From assembly GCF_963921235.1 (NCBI RefSeq), contig NC_086097.1, positions 61,816,001 through 61,880,000 on the forward strand: a stretch of DNA of 64,000 bases, in the 5' to 3' direction. This DNA comes from Mobula hypostoma. Taxonomy: Eukaryota. A model generated the notes under the pieces. It made no database searches. It had not been told where the DNA came from and saw only the letters and a list, made by a program, of their open reading frames with translations. The translations under genes were made by a program, and so were the position numbers. Shown in pieces: positions 25,011 to 37,109 of this stretch; position 1 is the stretch's first letter, and each line of letters opens with the position of its first letter.

Positions 25011-26927
25011 GGGCTTAATTAGGAAGGGGAAAAAAGATTATGGGAGAAAACTGGCAGGGAACATAAAAACGGACTGTAAAAGCTTTTATAGATATGTAAA
25101 AAGGAAAAGACTGGTAAAGACAAATGTAGGTCCCCTGCAGACAGAAACAGGTGAATTGATTATGGGGAGCAAGGACATGGCAGACCAATTGAATAGTTAC
25201 TTTGGTTCTGTCTTCACTAAGGAGGACATAAATAATCTTCCAGAAATAGTAAGGGACAGAGGGTCCAGTGGGATGGAGGAACTGAGCGAAATACATGTTA
25301 GTAGGGAAGTGGTGTTAGGTAAATTGAAGGGATTGAAGGCAGATAAATCCCCAGGGCCAGATGGTCTGCATCCTAGAGTGCTTAAAGAAGTAGCCCAAGA
25401 AATAGTGGATGCATTAGTGATAATTTTTCAAAACTCGTTAGATTCTGGACTAGTTCCTGAGGATTGGAGGGTGGCTAATGTAACCCCACTTTTTAAAAAA
25501 GGAGGGAGAGAGAAACCGGGGAATTATAGACCGGTTAGCCTAACGTCGGTGGTGGGGAAACTGCTGGAGTCAGTTAGCAAGGATGTGATAACAGCACATT
25601 TGGAAAGCGGTGAAATGATCGGACAAAGTCAGCATGGATTTGTGAAAGGAAAATCATGTCTGACGAATCTCATAGAATTTTTTGAGGATGTAACTAGTAG
25701 AGTGAATAGGGGAGAACCAGTGAATGTGGTATATTTGGATTTTCAAAAGGCTTTTGACAAGGTCCCACACAGGAGATTAGTGTGGAAACTTAAAGCACAC
25801 GGTATTGGGGGTAAGGTATTGGTGTGGGTGGAGAATTGGTTAGCAGACAGGAAGCAAAGAGTGGGAATAAACGAGACCTTTTCAGAATGGCAGGCGGTGA
25901 CTAGTGGGGTACCGCAAGGCTCAGTGCTGGGACCCCAGTTTTTTACAATATATATTAATGACTTGGATGAGGGAATTAAATGCAGCATCTCCAAGTTTGC
26001 GGATGACACGAAGCTGGGTGGCAGTGTTAGCAGTGAGGAGGATGCTAAGAGGATGCAGGGTTACTTGGATAGGTTGGGTGAGTGGGCAAATTCATGGCAG
26101 ATGCAATTTAATGTGGATAAATGTGAAGTTATCCACTTTGGTGGCAAAAATAGGAAAACAGATTATTATCTGAATGGTGGCCGATTAGGAAAAGGGGAGG
26201 TGAAACGAGACCTGGGTGTCATTATACACCAGTCATTGAAAGTGGGTGTGCAGGTACAGCAGGCGGTGAAAAAGGCGAATGGTATGCTGGCATTTATAGC
26301 GAGAGGATTCGAGTACAGGAGCAGGGAGGTACTACTGCAGTTGTACAAGGCCTTGGTGAGACCACACCTGGAGTATTGTGTGCAGTTTTGGTCCCCTAAT
26401 CTGAGGAAAGACATCTTTGCCATAGAGGGAGTACAAAGAAGGTTCACCAGATTGATTCCTGGGATGGCGGGACTTTCATATGAAGAAAGACTGGATGAAT
26501 TGGGCTTGTTGGAATTTAGAAGATTGAGGGGGGATCTGATTGAAACGTATAAAATCCTAAAGGGATTGGACAGGCTAGATGCAGGAAGATTGTTCCCGAT
26601 GGTGGGGAAGTCCAGAACGAGGGGTCACAGTTTGAGGATAGAGGGGAAGCCTTTTAGGACCGAGATTAGGAAAAACTTCTTCACACAGAGAGTGGTGAAT
26701 CTGTGGAATTCTCTGCCACAGGAAACTGTTGAGGCCAGTTCATTGGCTATATTTAAGAGGGAGTTAGATATGGCCCTTGTGGCTACGGGGGTCAGGGGGT
26801 ATGGAGGGAAGGCTGGGGAGGGGTTCTGAGTTGGATGATCAGCCATGATCATAATAAATGGCGGTGCAGGCTCGAAGGGCCGAATGGCCTACTCCTGCAC
26901 CTATTTTCTATGTTTCTATGTTTCTAT
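25011..26927 (+). mobile_element. Young 5'-truncated CR1 LINE
   Basis: Contains the uninterrupted 557-aa ORF and an (atgtttct)n tail; lacks ORF1 and APE. Confidence 0.95.
25156..26829 (+). CDS. CR1 ORF2 reverse-transcriptase portion (open, no endonuclease domain)
   Basis: [34 protein letters not shown] and KFADDTKL in one open frame. Confidence 0.85.
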   Translation: MIMGSKDMADQLNSYFGSVFTKEDINNLPEIVRDRGSSGMEELSEIHVSREVVLGKLKGLKADKSPGPDGLHPRVLKEVAQEIVDALVIIFQNSLDSGLVPEDWRVANVTPLFKKGGREKPGNYRPVSLTSVVGKLLESVSKDVITAHLESGEMIGQSQHGFVKGKSCLTNLIEFFEDVTSRVNRGEPVNVVYLDFQKAFDKVPHRRLVWKLKAHGIGGKVLVWVENWLADRKQRVGINETFSEWQAVTSGVPQGSVLGPQFFTIYINDLDEGIKCSISKFADDTKLGGSVSSEEDAKRMQGYLDRLGEWANSWQMQFNVDKCEVIHFGGKNRKTDYYLNGGRLGKGEVKRDLGVIIHQSLKVGVQVQQAVKKANGMLAFIARGFEYRSREVLLQLYKALVRPHLEYCVQFWSPNLRKDIFAIEGVQRRFTRLIPGMAGLSYEERLDELGLLEFRRLRGDLIETYKILKGLDRLDAGRLFPMVGKSRTRGHSLRIEGKPFRTEIRKNFFTQRVVNLWNSLPQETVEASSLAIFKRELDMALVATGVRGYGGKAGEGF

Positions 26928-27244
26928 TATCATTCCTCAATCACTGTCACCTCCCTCCCAGTCGCTGCCCACCTCCTCCTTAAATAAGCTATATCCCTCC
27001 TCATTACTGACAGTCCTGGTAGTTATCCGGGTACCATGCCACACTCCCTGGGCTATACACTCTCGCACATTCCACTGTCATTATGCTTTTACCCACACAG
27101 GTACAGTATATCTTTTGGGTGCATCCTTCTGGTTCTTGACTTTGTGATTATACATTAAATGACCCTGCCCATGGCTGCTGCAGAGACCAGTTTCCTTCTC
27201 AATGTTCTTAATTTTGACTGCCTATAAAGAGCAATGTTTCCTAT

Positions 27245-27792
27245 TGTCACCGTCCCGACCGTTAATTCCCCATTTTCTCCCAGTTCCCTTTGATGGTGGC
27301 ACACCTGGTTCGCACCAAGACCTGCAGCATAAAAACCCCAGCTTTACATCCACTCATTTCCAGATCATTGTTTAGCCAGTGTGGTAATTAACGTTCCCGG
27401 CCACTTAGGATTGGATAAGTATTTTAAGTTTATTTCAGTACTGAGGTTTACCTGTGAAGCTCTGTCACTCCATGTCAAGATAAGTATTCTAAGTTTTACT
27501 TCAGTACCGAGGTTTACCTGTGTAACTCCATCTCTCCGTGTCAAGAAAAGTATTGTCTACCGCTTGCCTTTCTATGCTCCGTGTCAAGATAAGTTTTGCC
27601 TGCCCCCTGTCTCCTGTTTGCTGTTCAGCGCCAGAAATGCCCTGTGTGAAGATAAATTCTGCCTGCCTCCTGCTTTCCTGTTCACCCTCCTGTTTGCTGT
27701 TCAACTCCAGCCACTCTCTCACCCTCGTCTGCATCCTAACTCAATCTCCGTGCCAGTGTCTTGCGTTTGGGTTCGCCCCGTTCATTGCAACA
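27245..27792. mobile_element. Solo LTR with 5-bp TSD
   Basis: TGTCAC...GCAACA termini, perfect CCTAT duplication (27240-27244 and 27793-27797), internal imperfect repeats of gtgtcaagataag. Confidence 0.85.
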
Positions 27793-28849
27793 CCTATTAA
27801 GTAAGATTAGCTTTCTGCTCTCCAGTCCTCCCTCAGTATCACTCAGTTAGCATTACCATTGGCCTCAGTTCTATTTTAACCTTTTAGATAAATCTGTTGA
27901 TTCCACTATTGAAATTCCCTTAAGCTGGTTTTAAGCTTTACTTTCATACAAAGTATTGAGTTTCTGTCCAAGGTGCCAAAGTTGGCCGTGAAGTTGCCAC
28001 ATGCTACAGGAACATATCTCCCCTTCCCCCAGCAACAAGCTACTAAGCATTCACTGAAAACCTTTGCAATATTTCACAAACTCTCTGAATATATTAGGAA
28101 ATGCCAGTGATCATGCGACAGTTCCCTTCTCAAGACTCAAGAGATCAGAAATTTGTCTAATGCTTCCCGTTCAAACATCCATTTGCTCTACTTTATGTGA
28201 TATGCTTCAGCCAACAGTGTCTCCACAAGCTCATACTCTAAGTGCCAAAGAATATTTACACCTGCTTTGGGATGTCTCCCAGGTAGTATTTATTGGGAAC
28301 TCCAAAGGAAATGTACACCAGTGTTTGGAAAAGAAGCCTAGCAGATGTAAGGTATTAATGTATTGGATTCCAGGCAGTGGAAAGCAGCCACTAAGCTATA
28401 CCACTGAGTTACTAAATGATCATGTGAATGAGACAAGGAACTCCAGGGTTAATAAATGAATGCTTGCTGTGTATTTTCACCATGGCATAAAATCGTATTG
28501 CCCTGTTCTTTTGATTTAGGAGGGCAATCTCTTCAGTAATAGGGATGATCAGATACCTCTTTCCAGTAACGTCCTGAGATATGAGTTGACAGAATGAACT
28601 AAACATCCAGATTGAACACTAAGAAGCTTAAGACTCTTAAATACTGGAAATCTGAAATAGAAGCAGGTAACAGCAGAAACACACAGCAAACTATTTGGTT
28701 CTGCAGCACTCTTAATTCAATGCTTAGGGCACAATAGCATAACGGTTAAGTTACTGAATTAATGTCCTTGAGTTCCAATCCCATCACAGTTGCTGAAATA
28801 CACAAACAAGTGAAAAAGACTGTGTGGACAAGGTAGGGAGCTTGTTAAT

Positions 28850-29895
28850 TTCAGACTGACGCATCTTGAGAGACTGGAGAACAGGCAGAGAGCCTGCTTG
28901 GAAACAGCCATTTTAAGAGCAGCTGATTATTTGGAGGGATCAAAGTGCTGAGCCTGAGGTCTAAGTGCAGAGGCTTGGACAAGCAAGACCGACCAGTAAT
29001 CAGGGATGGTAACAAGTCATTTCCTCCTTTTTTTAGCCCAACATTTAGTTAGGAAGCCGAGATAACTGTGGGAGAGGGGTGTAATCCTCCTGTGAAATGT
29101 GGGAGATCGGGGGAAGTCAGGTGCTCCTGCTATCTACACTTGCATGAAATATGTCCAGTGGCAGCTCGGCTCAGAAGGTTTGTATCGATAGAAGCAGCAG
29201 CTGACTCACTGAGGTGTTTACAGGAGGCAGTAAATGTTAAGTGAGGAGTTTTGGGAGGTGTTACATTGTGGGTTAAACCAGACAGATCAGTGACTGCTAG
29301 TTGGAGCTGGCAGGTAGTGGAGGAGTCCCCGTGGTTACCTTCTTCTCTGACAAGTATATTGCTTTAGATCCTGTTAGACGGAAAGCCTCTCAGGAGAAAG
29401 CAACAACAGCAGTCAGTTCCAGTGACACGACAAGTGGCTCTGTTATACAGAAGGGAATGTTAAAGTCTTGGCAAGCAGCAATGATAGGAGACTCAGTGTA
29501 GAAGGGAGCTGGCAACTATTTCTGTAGCCATGAGCGTGACTCCTGACTGATGTATGGCTTCCCTGGTGCAAGATTCAATGATACTGGTGAGTGGGTGCAC
29601 CATATTCTTGAAAAGGCAGGACTGCGGCAGCTAGAAGTCATGGTCCATGTTGGTACTAGCAATAGTACCACAAGGTAGTGAGCTTAAAAAAGGTAGAACA
29701 GCTGAGTGTGGTACTTAGGAGCTGGTGCAGGGGGCAGAACCTCAGATATTTCAATACCTGGAGTTATTTCTGAGTCAGCAATAACCTGTACAAGAGACAT
29801 AGGTTTCACCCAAACTGGAAGGGGCTAGAGATGTTTGCCAGTACTGCTCAGGGTGGTTTAGCTAGTGAAGCAGAGGGTGAGAACCAAAGTGGTAG
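28850..29895 (+). mobile_element. Old CR1 5' region/ORF1 relic
   Basis: Decayed zinc-finger region, AAMIGDSV and VHVGT esterase motifs. Confidence 0.7.
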
Positions 29896-29898
29896 TAC

Positions 29899-30631
29899 AG
29901 AATCAGAATCCTTAATTATCGCCAAGTATGTGGACACATACAGGGAATTTGATGTCGGTTTCCCTGAGCTCTCGCTGTACAGAATCAGAAAGCAAAAAAA
30001 CAATAGTGCAAATAATCGTGAACTATATACAATGAAGTATACCTGTGTAAGTACAGGTGGACTTGGTTTATAATAGACTAAAATTCAAGTGTTCATAAGA
30101 CTGATGGCATACGGAAAGAAACTGTACTTGTACCTATTTTTCCTGGCATACAGTGATCTAAAGCACCTACCAGAAGGACGGAGTTGGAACAGGTGATGTT
30201 CAGGGTGTGATGGGTCTACAATGGTGCTGCTTGCTCACTTCCTGACTCTAGATGCATATAAGTCCTGGATCGAGGGCAGCTTCACACCAATAATCCTTTC
30301 CGCAGCCCTGACTGTTCTTTGGAGTCTATTCTTGTCTTGTTTGGTAGCTGATCCAAACCAGACAGTGATGGATGAACAGAGAACAGACTGGATAATTCCT
30401 GAACAGAATTGAATCATCAGCTCCTGAGGCAGGTTGTACTTCCTGAGTTGACGTAGGAAATGCAAACTCTGCTGCGCCTTTTTGGTAAGAGTGTCCGCGT
30501 TGGGTGTCCACTTCAGGTCCTAGGAGATTGTGACACCCAGAAACCTAAAGTTCTCCACAGCAGACACAATACTGTTGAGTATTATAGTGAGTCGGGGGAG
30601 TATTGGGGGGCTCCTCCTGAAGTCCACTGTC
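29899..30631 (-). mobile_element. Rex1/Babar LINE 3' part (continues at 34624-34675)
   Basis: HFLRQLRKYNLPQELMIQF..IIQSVLCSSITVWFGS; (ttctga)n tail; sequence resumes after the CR1 insertion. Confidence 0.85.
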
Positions 30632-33600
30632 CATAAGACCATAAGACCATAAGACAAAGGAGCAGAAGTAGGCCATTTGGCCCATCAAGTCTGCTCCGCC
30701 ATTTTATCATGAGCTGATCCATTTTATCCTATTTAGTCCCACTGCCCCGCCTTCTCACCATAACCTTTGATGCCCTGGCTACTCAGATACCTATCAATCT
30801 CTGCCTTAAAGACACCCAATGACTTGGCCTCCACTGCTGCCCGTGGCAACAAATTCCATAGATTCACCACCCTCTGACTAAAAAAATTTTTTCGCATTTC
30901 TGTTCTGAAAGGGCGCCCTTCAATCCTGAAGTCATGCCCTCTCATACTAGACTCCCCCATCATGGGAAACAACTTTGCCACATCCACTCTGTCCATGCCT
31001 TTTAAATTTCGAAATGTTTCAATGAGGTCTCCCCTCATTCTTCTAAACTCCAAGGAATACAGTCCAAGAGCGGACAAACGTTCCTCATATGTTAACCCTC
31101 TCATTCCCAGAATCATTCTAGTGAATCTTCTCTGTACCCTCTCCAACGTCAGCACATGCTCTCTTAAATAAGGAGACCAAAACTGCCCACAGTACTCCAA
31201 GTGAGGTCTCACCAGCGCCTTATAGAGCCTCAACATCACATCCCTGCTCCTATACTCTATTCCTCTAGAAATGAATGCCAACATTGCATTCGCCTTCTTC
31301 ACTACCGACTCAACCTGGAGGTTAACTTTAAGGGTATCCTGTACGAGGATTCCCAAGTCCCATTGCATCTCAGAACTTTGAATTCTCTCCCCATTTAAAT
31401 AATAGTCTGCCCGTTTTTTTTTCTGCCTAAGTGCATAACCATACACTTTCCAACATTGTACTTCATTTGCCACCTCTCTGCCCATTCTTCCAATCTATCC
31501 AAGTCTCTCTGCAGACTCTCCGTTTCCTCAGCACTGCCGGCCCCTCCACTTATCTTCGTATCGTCAGCAAACTTATCCACAAAGCCCTCTATTCCATAAT
31601 CCAAATCGTTGATGTACAATGTAAGAAGAAGCGGCCCCAACACTGATCCCTGTGGAACAACACTGGTAACCAGCAGCCAACCAGAATAGGATCCCTTTAT
31701 TCCCACTCTCTGTTTCCTGCCAATCAGCCAACGCTCTATCCACGTATGTAACTTTCCTGTAATTCCATGGGCTCTTATCTTGTTAAGCAGCCTCATGTGT
31801 GGCACCTTGTCAAAGGCCTTCTGAAAATCCAAATATACAACATCCACTGCATCTCCCTTGTCTAGCCTACTGGTAATTTCCTCAAAAAATTGTAATAGGT
31901 TTGTCAGGCAGGATTTTCCTTTAAGGAATCCATGCTGAGTTCTGCCTATCTTGTCATATGCCTCCAGGTACTCTGTAACCTCATCCTTGACAATCGACTC
32001 CAACAACTTCCCAACCACCGACGTCAAGTTAACAGGTCTATAATTTCCTTTTTGCTTCCTTGCCCCCTTCTTAAATAGTGGAGTGACATTTGCAATCTTC
32101 CAGTCCTCCGGAACCATGCCAGAATCTATCGACTTTTGAAAGATCATCGCTAATGCCTCCACAATCTCCACAGCTACTTCCTTCAGAACACGAGGGTGCA
32201 TTCCATCTGGTCCAGGAGATTTATCGCCCTTTAGCCTATTCAGCTTCCTGAGTACTTTCTCTGTCGTAATTGTGACTGCGCACGCTTCTCTTCCCTGCCA
32301 CCCTTGAGTGTCCGGTATCCTGCTGTCTTCCTCAGTGAAGACTGATGCAAAATAGTTGTTCAGTTCCTCTGCCATCTCCTCATCTCCCATTACAATTTCT
32401 CCAGTATCATTTTCTATCGGTCCTATATCTACTCTCACCTGTCTTTTACTCTTTATATACTTGAAAAAGCTTTTAGTATCCTCTTCAATATTATTTGCTA
32501 GTTTCCTTTCATAGTTAGTCTTTTCTCTCTTAATGATCTTCTTGGTTTCCTTTTGTAAGGTTTTAAAGACTTCCCAATCCTCTGTCTTCCCACTAATTTT
32601 TGCTTCCTTGTATGCCCTCTCCTTTGCTTTAACTTTGGCTTTGACTTCTCTTGTCAACCACTGTTGCATCCTTTTTCCACTCGAAAATTTCTTCTTTTTT
32701 GGAATATACCTGTCTTGCACATTCCTCATTTCTCGCATAAACTCCAGCCACTGCTGCTCTGCCGTCTTTCCCGCCAGTGTCTCTTTCCAGTCAACTTTGG
32801 CCAGTTCCTCTCTCATGCCACTTTAGTTTCCTTTACTCCACTGAAACACCGACACATCAGATTTCGGCTTCTTTTTTTCTAATTTCACAGTGAACTCAGT
32901 CATGTTATGATCACTGCCTCCTAAGGGTTCCTTCACCTCAATCTCTCCAATAACCTCCGGTTCATTACACAATACCCAATTCAGTACAGCCGATCCTCTA
33001 GTGGGCTCAACAACAAGCTGTTCTAAAAAGCCATCTCGCAGACATTCTACAAATTCCCTCTCTTGAGATCCAGTGCCGACCTGATTTTTCCAATCTACTC
33101 GCATGTTAAAATCCCCCACAATTATCATAACACTGCCCTTCTGACAAGCCTTTTCTATTTCCAGTTGTAATTTGTAGTCCACATCCCTGCAGCTGTTTGG
33201 AGGCCTATAAATAACTGCCATCAGGATCCTTTTACCCCTGCTATTCATTAGCTCAACCCATAAAGATTCTGGACCTTCCGATCCTATATCACCTCTTTCT
33301 AATGATTTAATATCATTTCTTACCAATAAAGCCACGCCTCCCCCTCTGCCTACCTTCCTATCCTTCCGATACACCGTGTATCCTTGGACATTCAGCTCCC
33401 AGAGACATGCATCCTTTAGCCAGGTCTCAGTGATGGCCACAATATCATACCTGCCAATCTGTAGCTGTACAACAAGATCATCCACCTTATTTCTTATGCT
33501 GCGTGCATTTAAGTACAACACCTTAAGACCAGTATTTGATACTTTTTGCTTTGATTTCACTGCAACTTTATTGCACTGCAGCTCATCCCAATGGCCACAC

Positions 33601-34623
33601 ATTTGCCCCATCACCTGCCTGTCTTTCCTGCCATCTTTACTGCTCACTATCTTAGATTTATTTCTGTTTTCCCCTTCCTCCGCTCTATCATTCCGGTTCC
33701 CATCCCCCTGCCAAATTAGTTTAAACCCTCCCTAACAGCTCTATTAAACTTTCCCGCCAGGATATTGGTCCCCTTCGGGTTCAGGTGTAACCTGTCCTTT
33801 TTGAACAGGTCATACTTCCCCCAGAAGAGATCCCAATTATCCAAGAATCTGAAGCCCTGCCCCCTACACCAGTCTCTCAGCCACGCATTCAGCTGCCTGA
33901 TCCGACTACTCTTGCCCTCACTAGCACGTGGCACAGGTAGCAATCACGAGATTACTACCCTGGAGGTCCTGCTTCTCAGCTTCCTTCCTAACTCCTGGAA
34001 ATCTCTCTTCGGGACCTCCTCCTTTGTCCTATCTATGTCATTGGTACCAACATGTACCAAGACAACTGGCTGCTCACCCTCCCCCTTTAGAATATTTAGT
34101 ACCCGATCCGAGACATCCCGTACCCTGGCACCTGGGAGGCAACACACCATGCGGGTATCTCTGTCAGGCTCACAGAATCTCCTGTCTGTTCCCCTGACTA
34201 TGGAATCCCCCACGACTACCGCATTTCTCTTCACCCTCCTTCTCTCCTGCACAACAGCGCCAAACTCAGTGCCAGAGACCCGGTCACCGTGGGCATCCCC
34301 CGTCAGGTCATCCCCCTCAACAGCATCCAGAACAAGATATTTGTTGCTGAGGGGGACAGCCACAGGGGTGCTCTCCACTATCCGAGCATTTCCCTTCCCT
34401 CTCTTGACAGTGACCCAGTGTTCTGACTCCTGTAGCCTAGGGATGACTACTGACTCCTGTAGCCTAGGGATGACTACCTCCCTGTAGCTCCTGTCTATCA
34501 CCTCTTCACTTTCTCTGATAAGCACTAGGTCATCAAGCTGCAGCTGCAGATCCCTAACACGGTCCCTGAGGAGCTACAACTCGGTGCACCTGGCGCAGAT
34601 GTGGCCATCAGGGAGGCTGGAAG
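30632..34623 (-). mobile_element. Near full-length CR1 LINE inserted in Rex1
   Basis: ORF1 esterase (VVVGDSIVRG, VHVGTND, LHLN), APE (LYLNARS, ITETW, GDFN, SDHN), RT (FADDTK); few disruptions; (ggtcttat)n tail; TSD ACTGTC at 30626-30631 and 34624-34629. Confidence 0.97.
34424..34477. repeat. Perfect 27-bp tandem duplication within CR1 ORF1
   Basis: tgactcctgtagcctagggatgactac x2, giving in-frame VVIPRLQES x2. Confidence 0.95.
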
Positions 34624-34769
34624 ACTGTCATCTCCACAGTCTTGAGCGTATTTAGCTCCAGATTGTTCTGATTGTTCAGATAGAGTTGGAGAAGCATCAT
34701 GGAACAGGCGAGCTACAAAAGGGTGAGGGAGCATTGGAGGGTGAGAAGGTCTTAACAGCATTTATTTGA

Positions 34770-35200
34770 ATGTATGAAACCTTGAGAAAGTTTGAGGAGA
34801 TTTGTTATGTCTCCACAGACTCTTGCAAATACCCACAGATGTACAGTAGAGAGGGTTCTGACTAGTTGCATCACAACCTAGTATGGAGACTCCAATACAC
34901 AGGATCAGAAGAGTCTGCAGAGGGTTGTGTACTCAACTAGTTCCAACAAGGGCACAACCCTCCATGCCATCGAGGATATTCTCAATAGGCAATGCCTCAA
35001 GAAGGCAGCATCCATCATCAAAGACCATCACCATCCACGACATGCCCTCTTTGCATTACTACTATCGGGGAGGAGGTATATGAGTCTGAAGACCCACACA
35101 CAATAGGTTAAGAAGAACTTCTTCCCCTCTGCCATCAGATTTCTGAATCTCATAACAGGGTGGTAACCATGAACACTAACTCATTATTCATCTTTTGCAT
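34770..35200 (+). mobile_element. Rex1/Babar 3' fragment
   Basis: KAASIIKDHHHPRHALF..SGRRY..NFFP C-terminal motif. Confidence 0.8.
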
Positions 35201-35219
35201 GAGAGCATGCATCAGCACA

Positions 35220-35737
35220 CAGATTAATGAGGGAAACATGGCTAAGGGTAGGAGGGAATGATCAATTTTCCATGGTATAGTGTTTTCAGGCATGGTGGGG
35301 AAGGGGAGGAGATATTGTGTGGCTGATCAGGGAGAGCACTAGATCAGTAGTCAGGAGCTCCTTCCTCCTTGAAGGATTGCCAAATTAAGATATATGGGTA
35401 GAACTCAGAAGAAAGAAGTGATAACTTTGATAGGATTATACGTTAGGTCTTCAAATAGTCAGTGGAATTGGAATAAAGAAATAAATAGACAAATAGCAAG
35501 AGGATGTAAAAAAAAATGGGGTTGCAGTAGTGAGTGATTTTAACTATGCCAATATTGGCTGGGATTGCTTTAGTGTAATTGGCCTAGATGGTGTGGATTT
35601 GAAAAATGAACCCAGGGAGAGTTTTTAAAGCAGCATGTAGAGAGTCTTCTTATGGAGGGAGCTGTATTCAGCATTGCTTTAAGGAAAGTGAATGAGCAAG
35701 TTGTGGAATGTCTGTACAGAAACCCTCCGCAAACTAC
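35220..35737 (+). mobile_element. Old CR1 endonuclease-region relic
   Basis: Decayed WVELR, DFN..NIGWD, FLKQHV motifs. Confidence 0.6.
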
Positions 35738-36195
35738 TGTGACGGGGTCCTGAATTACTCCTATGAACTGTACTTTTAAAAGAGAGAGAAAGAGAGTTAT
35801 GGAACACAGACACATTGTTAAGAAGAGAGAGAGAGAGGCAAAGACTGCTCACAGTTTGTTTACACTTTTGCAAGGACACTAGCAGCTTCCGAGTTCTTAC
35901 AGAGAGAGAAGGGAGGGGCAGCTTGATGGACAGCTGGTATTCAGTACAGTGAGATAAATAGAAAGTCAGCTGTTAGTCCTACAGACACATGGTTTTGGAC
36001 ACTGGATTAGCTTCGTTGTGCCCACAGAAAAAGTGGGTTTTGGAGGATCGATCAGTAGCTCTCGCAGTGTGAAAAAGGGCGTGATCGGTGGAGAGTTATT
36101 TGTGTGTCCAACCCTCGCATGGGTTGATAATTCCATCACAGAAGAACAGTCCCCTTTGTTATGGTCACAGTCAGTGACTTCTAAAGGATTTTGGG
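35738..36195. mobile_element. Partial LTR-like sequence unrelated to the 37110 LTR
   Basis: Starts with TGTGAC, contains (GA)n runs, non-coding, abuts the truncated protease. Confidence 0.5.
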
Positions 36196-37088
36196 ACTCC
36201 AGGGTCATCAACCAATCATTGTCTTCTGGATAACTACTGGCACTGGTACCCAAAATCTCCAGTGCCTTCGCGGTTGTCAAGGGTAAGTGCTTCAGACACC
36301 AGTTGTAAAACGAACTGTACAACAACTCGACGCGTCCCGGGGTTGAGGATGGCTTTAGCATCGCTTCCCTCTATCCGTAATGACACCGTGGGGCGTGATC
36401 CTTCTAAGCCTTCAGGAAAAGGGTCTTTTCCTTTTGGAAGTTCATTGGTACATTGCTGGGAACGTGCTTCCCCAGAGACCCCAAGCCGTTCCCCCACTGG
36501 GCCTCCACTAAGTTTCCCGACACCTCTCTGATCAGCTGAACAACTGAAGGAGGGGCTGATCCCCTGAAATAATACCCCTGGCACTGCAAGCAATTTAGCC
36601 GCCCTCCTAGCCAGACAAGACACACTGAAAACTTCCCCCTTCTTTCAAATAACTGACAGCTGTCACTACGGTGTAAATGAACCTGACAGCTCTAACACTG
36701 TCACCAGCCAGCCTACTTAAACTTTCAACCAATCCCTGTCGCTCTCCCTCAACCGAGCACTGCCACTCATCAAACAACTGAGAGATCCGCTCCACCCACC
36801 TTTTACCTGCCTCCGCCCCTCTTGGGGTGGGCACTATCCCAAGCGCCAGGCGGAGCCTGCCAAAGCTAGAACATTTATTCACAGACACTACCTCCAAATC
36901 AGACCACTCTTTCCTCTATCTCCCAACAGCATGGACAGCCCCGAGTGCCATGTCCAACTTGTCAATGCGAGCCTGAACTCGAACAAAGACCACACCCACC
37001 ACGCATGCAGAAATAACCAGCAAATAACCCACAGAGACACACATTACAGATTTAAACAGGGAACCCACACAGCATACCAGAAGACACA
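36196..37088 (-). mobile_element. Gypsy internal region: PNMA-like gag and protease, 3'-truncated
   Basis: RLRLALGIVPTPRG..WVERISQLFDEWQCS..LVESL (PNMA/Ma-type capsid); [25 protein letters not shown] (decayed LDTG). Confidence 0.8.
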
Positions 37089-37106
37089 ATCCCGGACGAG
37101 CCCCCA
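37089..37106 (-). other. tRNA-Pro primer binding site
   Basis: Exact 18-mer TGGGGGCTCGTCCGGGAT 3 nt inside the LTR. Confidence 0.95.
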
Positions 37107-37109
37107 CAA

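Noticed and set aside
27381..27804. Overlapping ORFs and spaced repeats superficially like an array
   Set aside because: Inside a solo LTR; repeats are degenerate and irregular, not CRISPR, and the genome is eukaryotic
33765..34487. 240-aa + strand ORF
   Set aside because: Antisense shadow of CR1 ORF1
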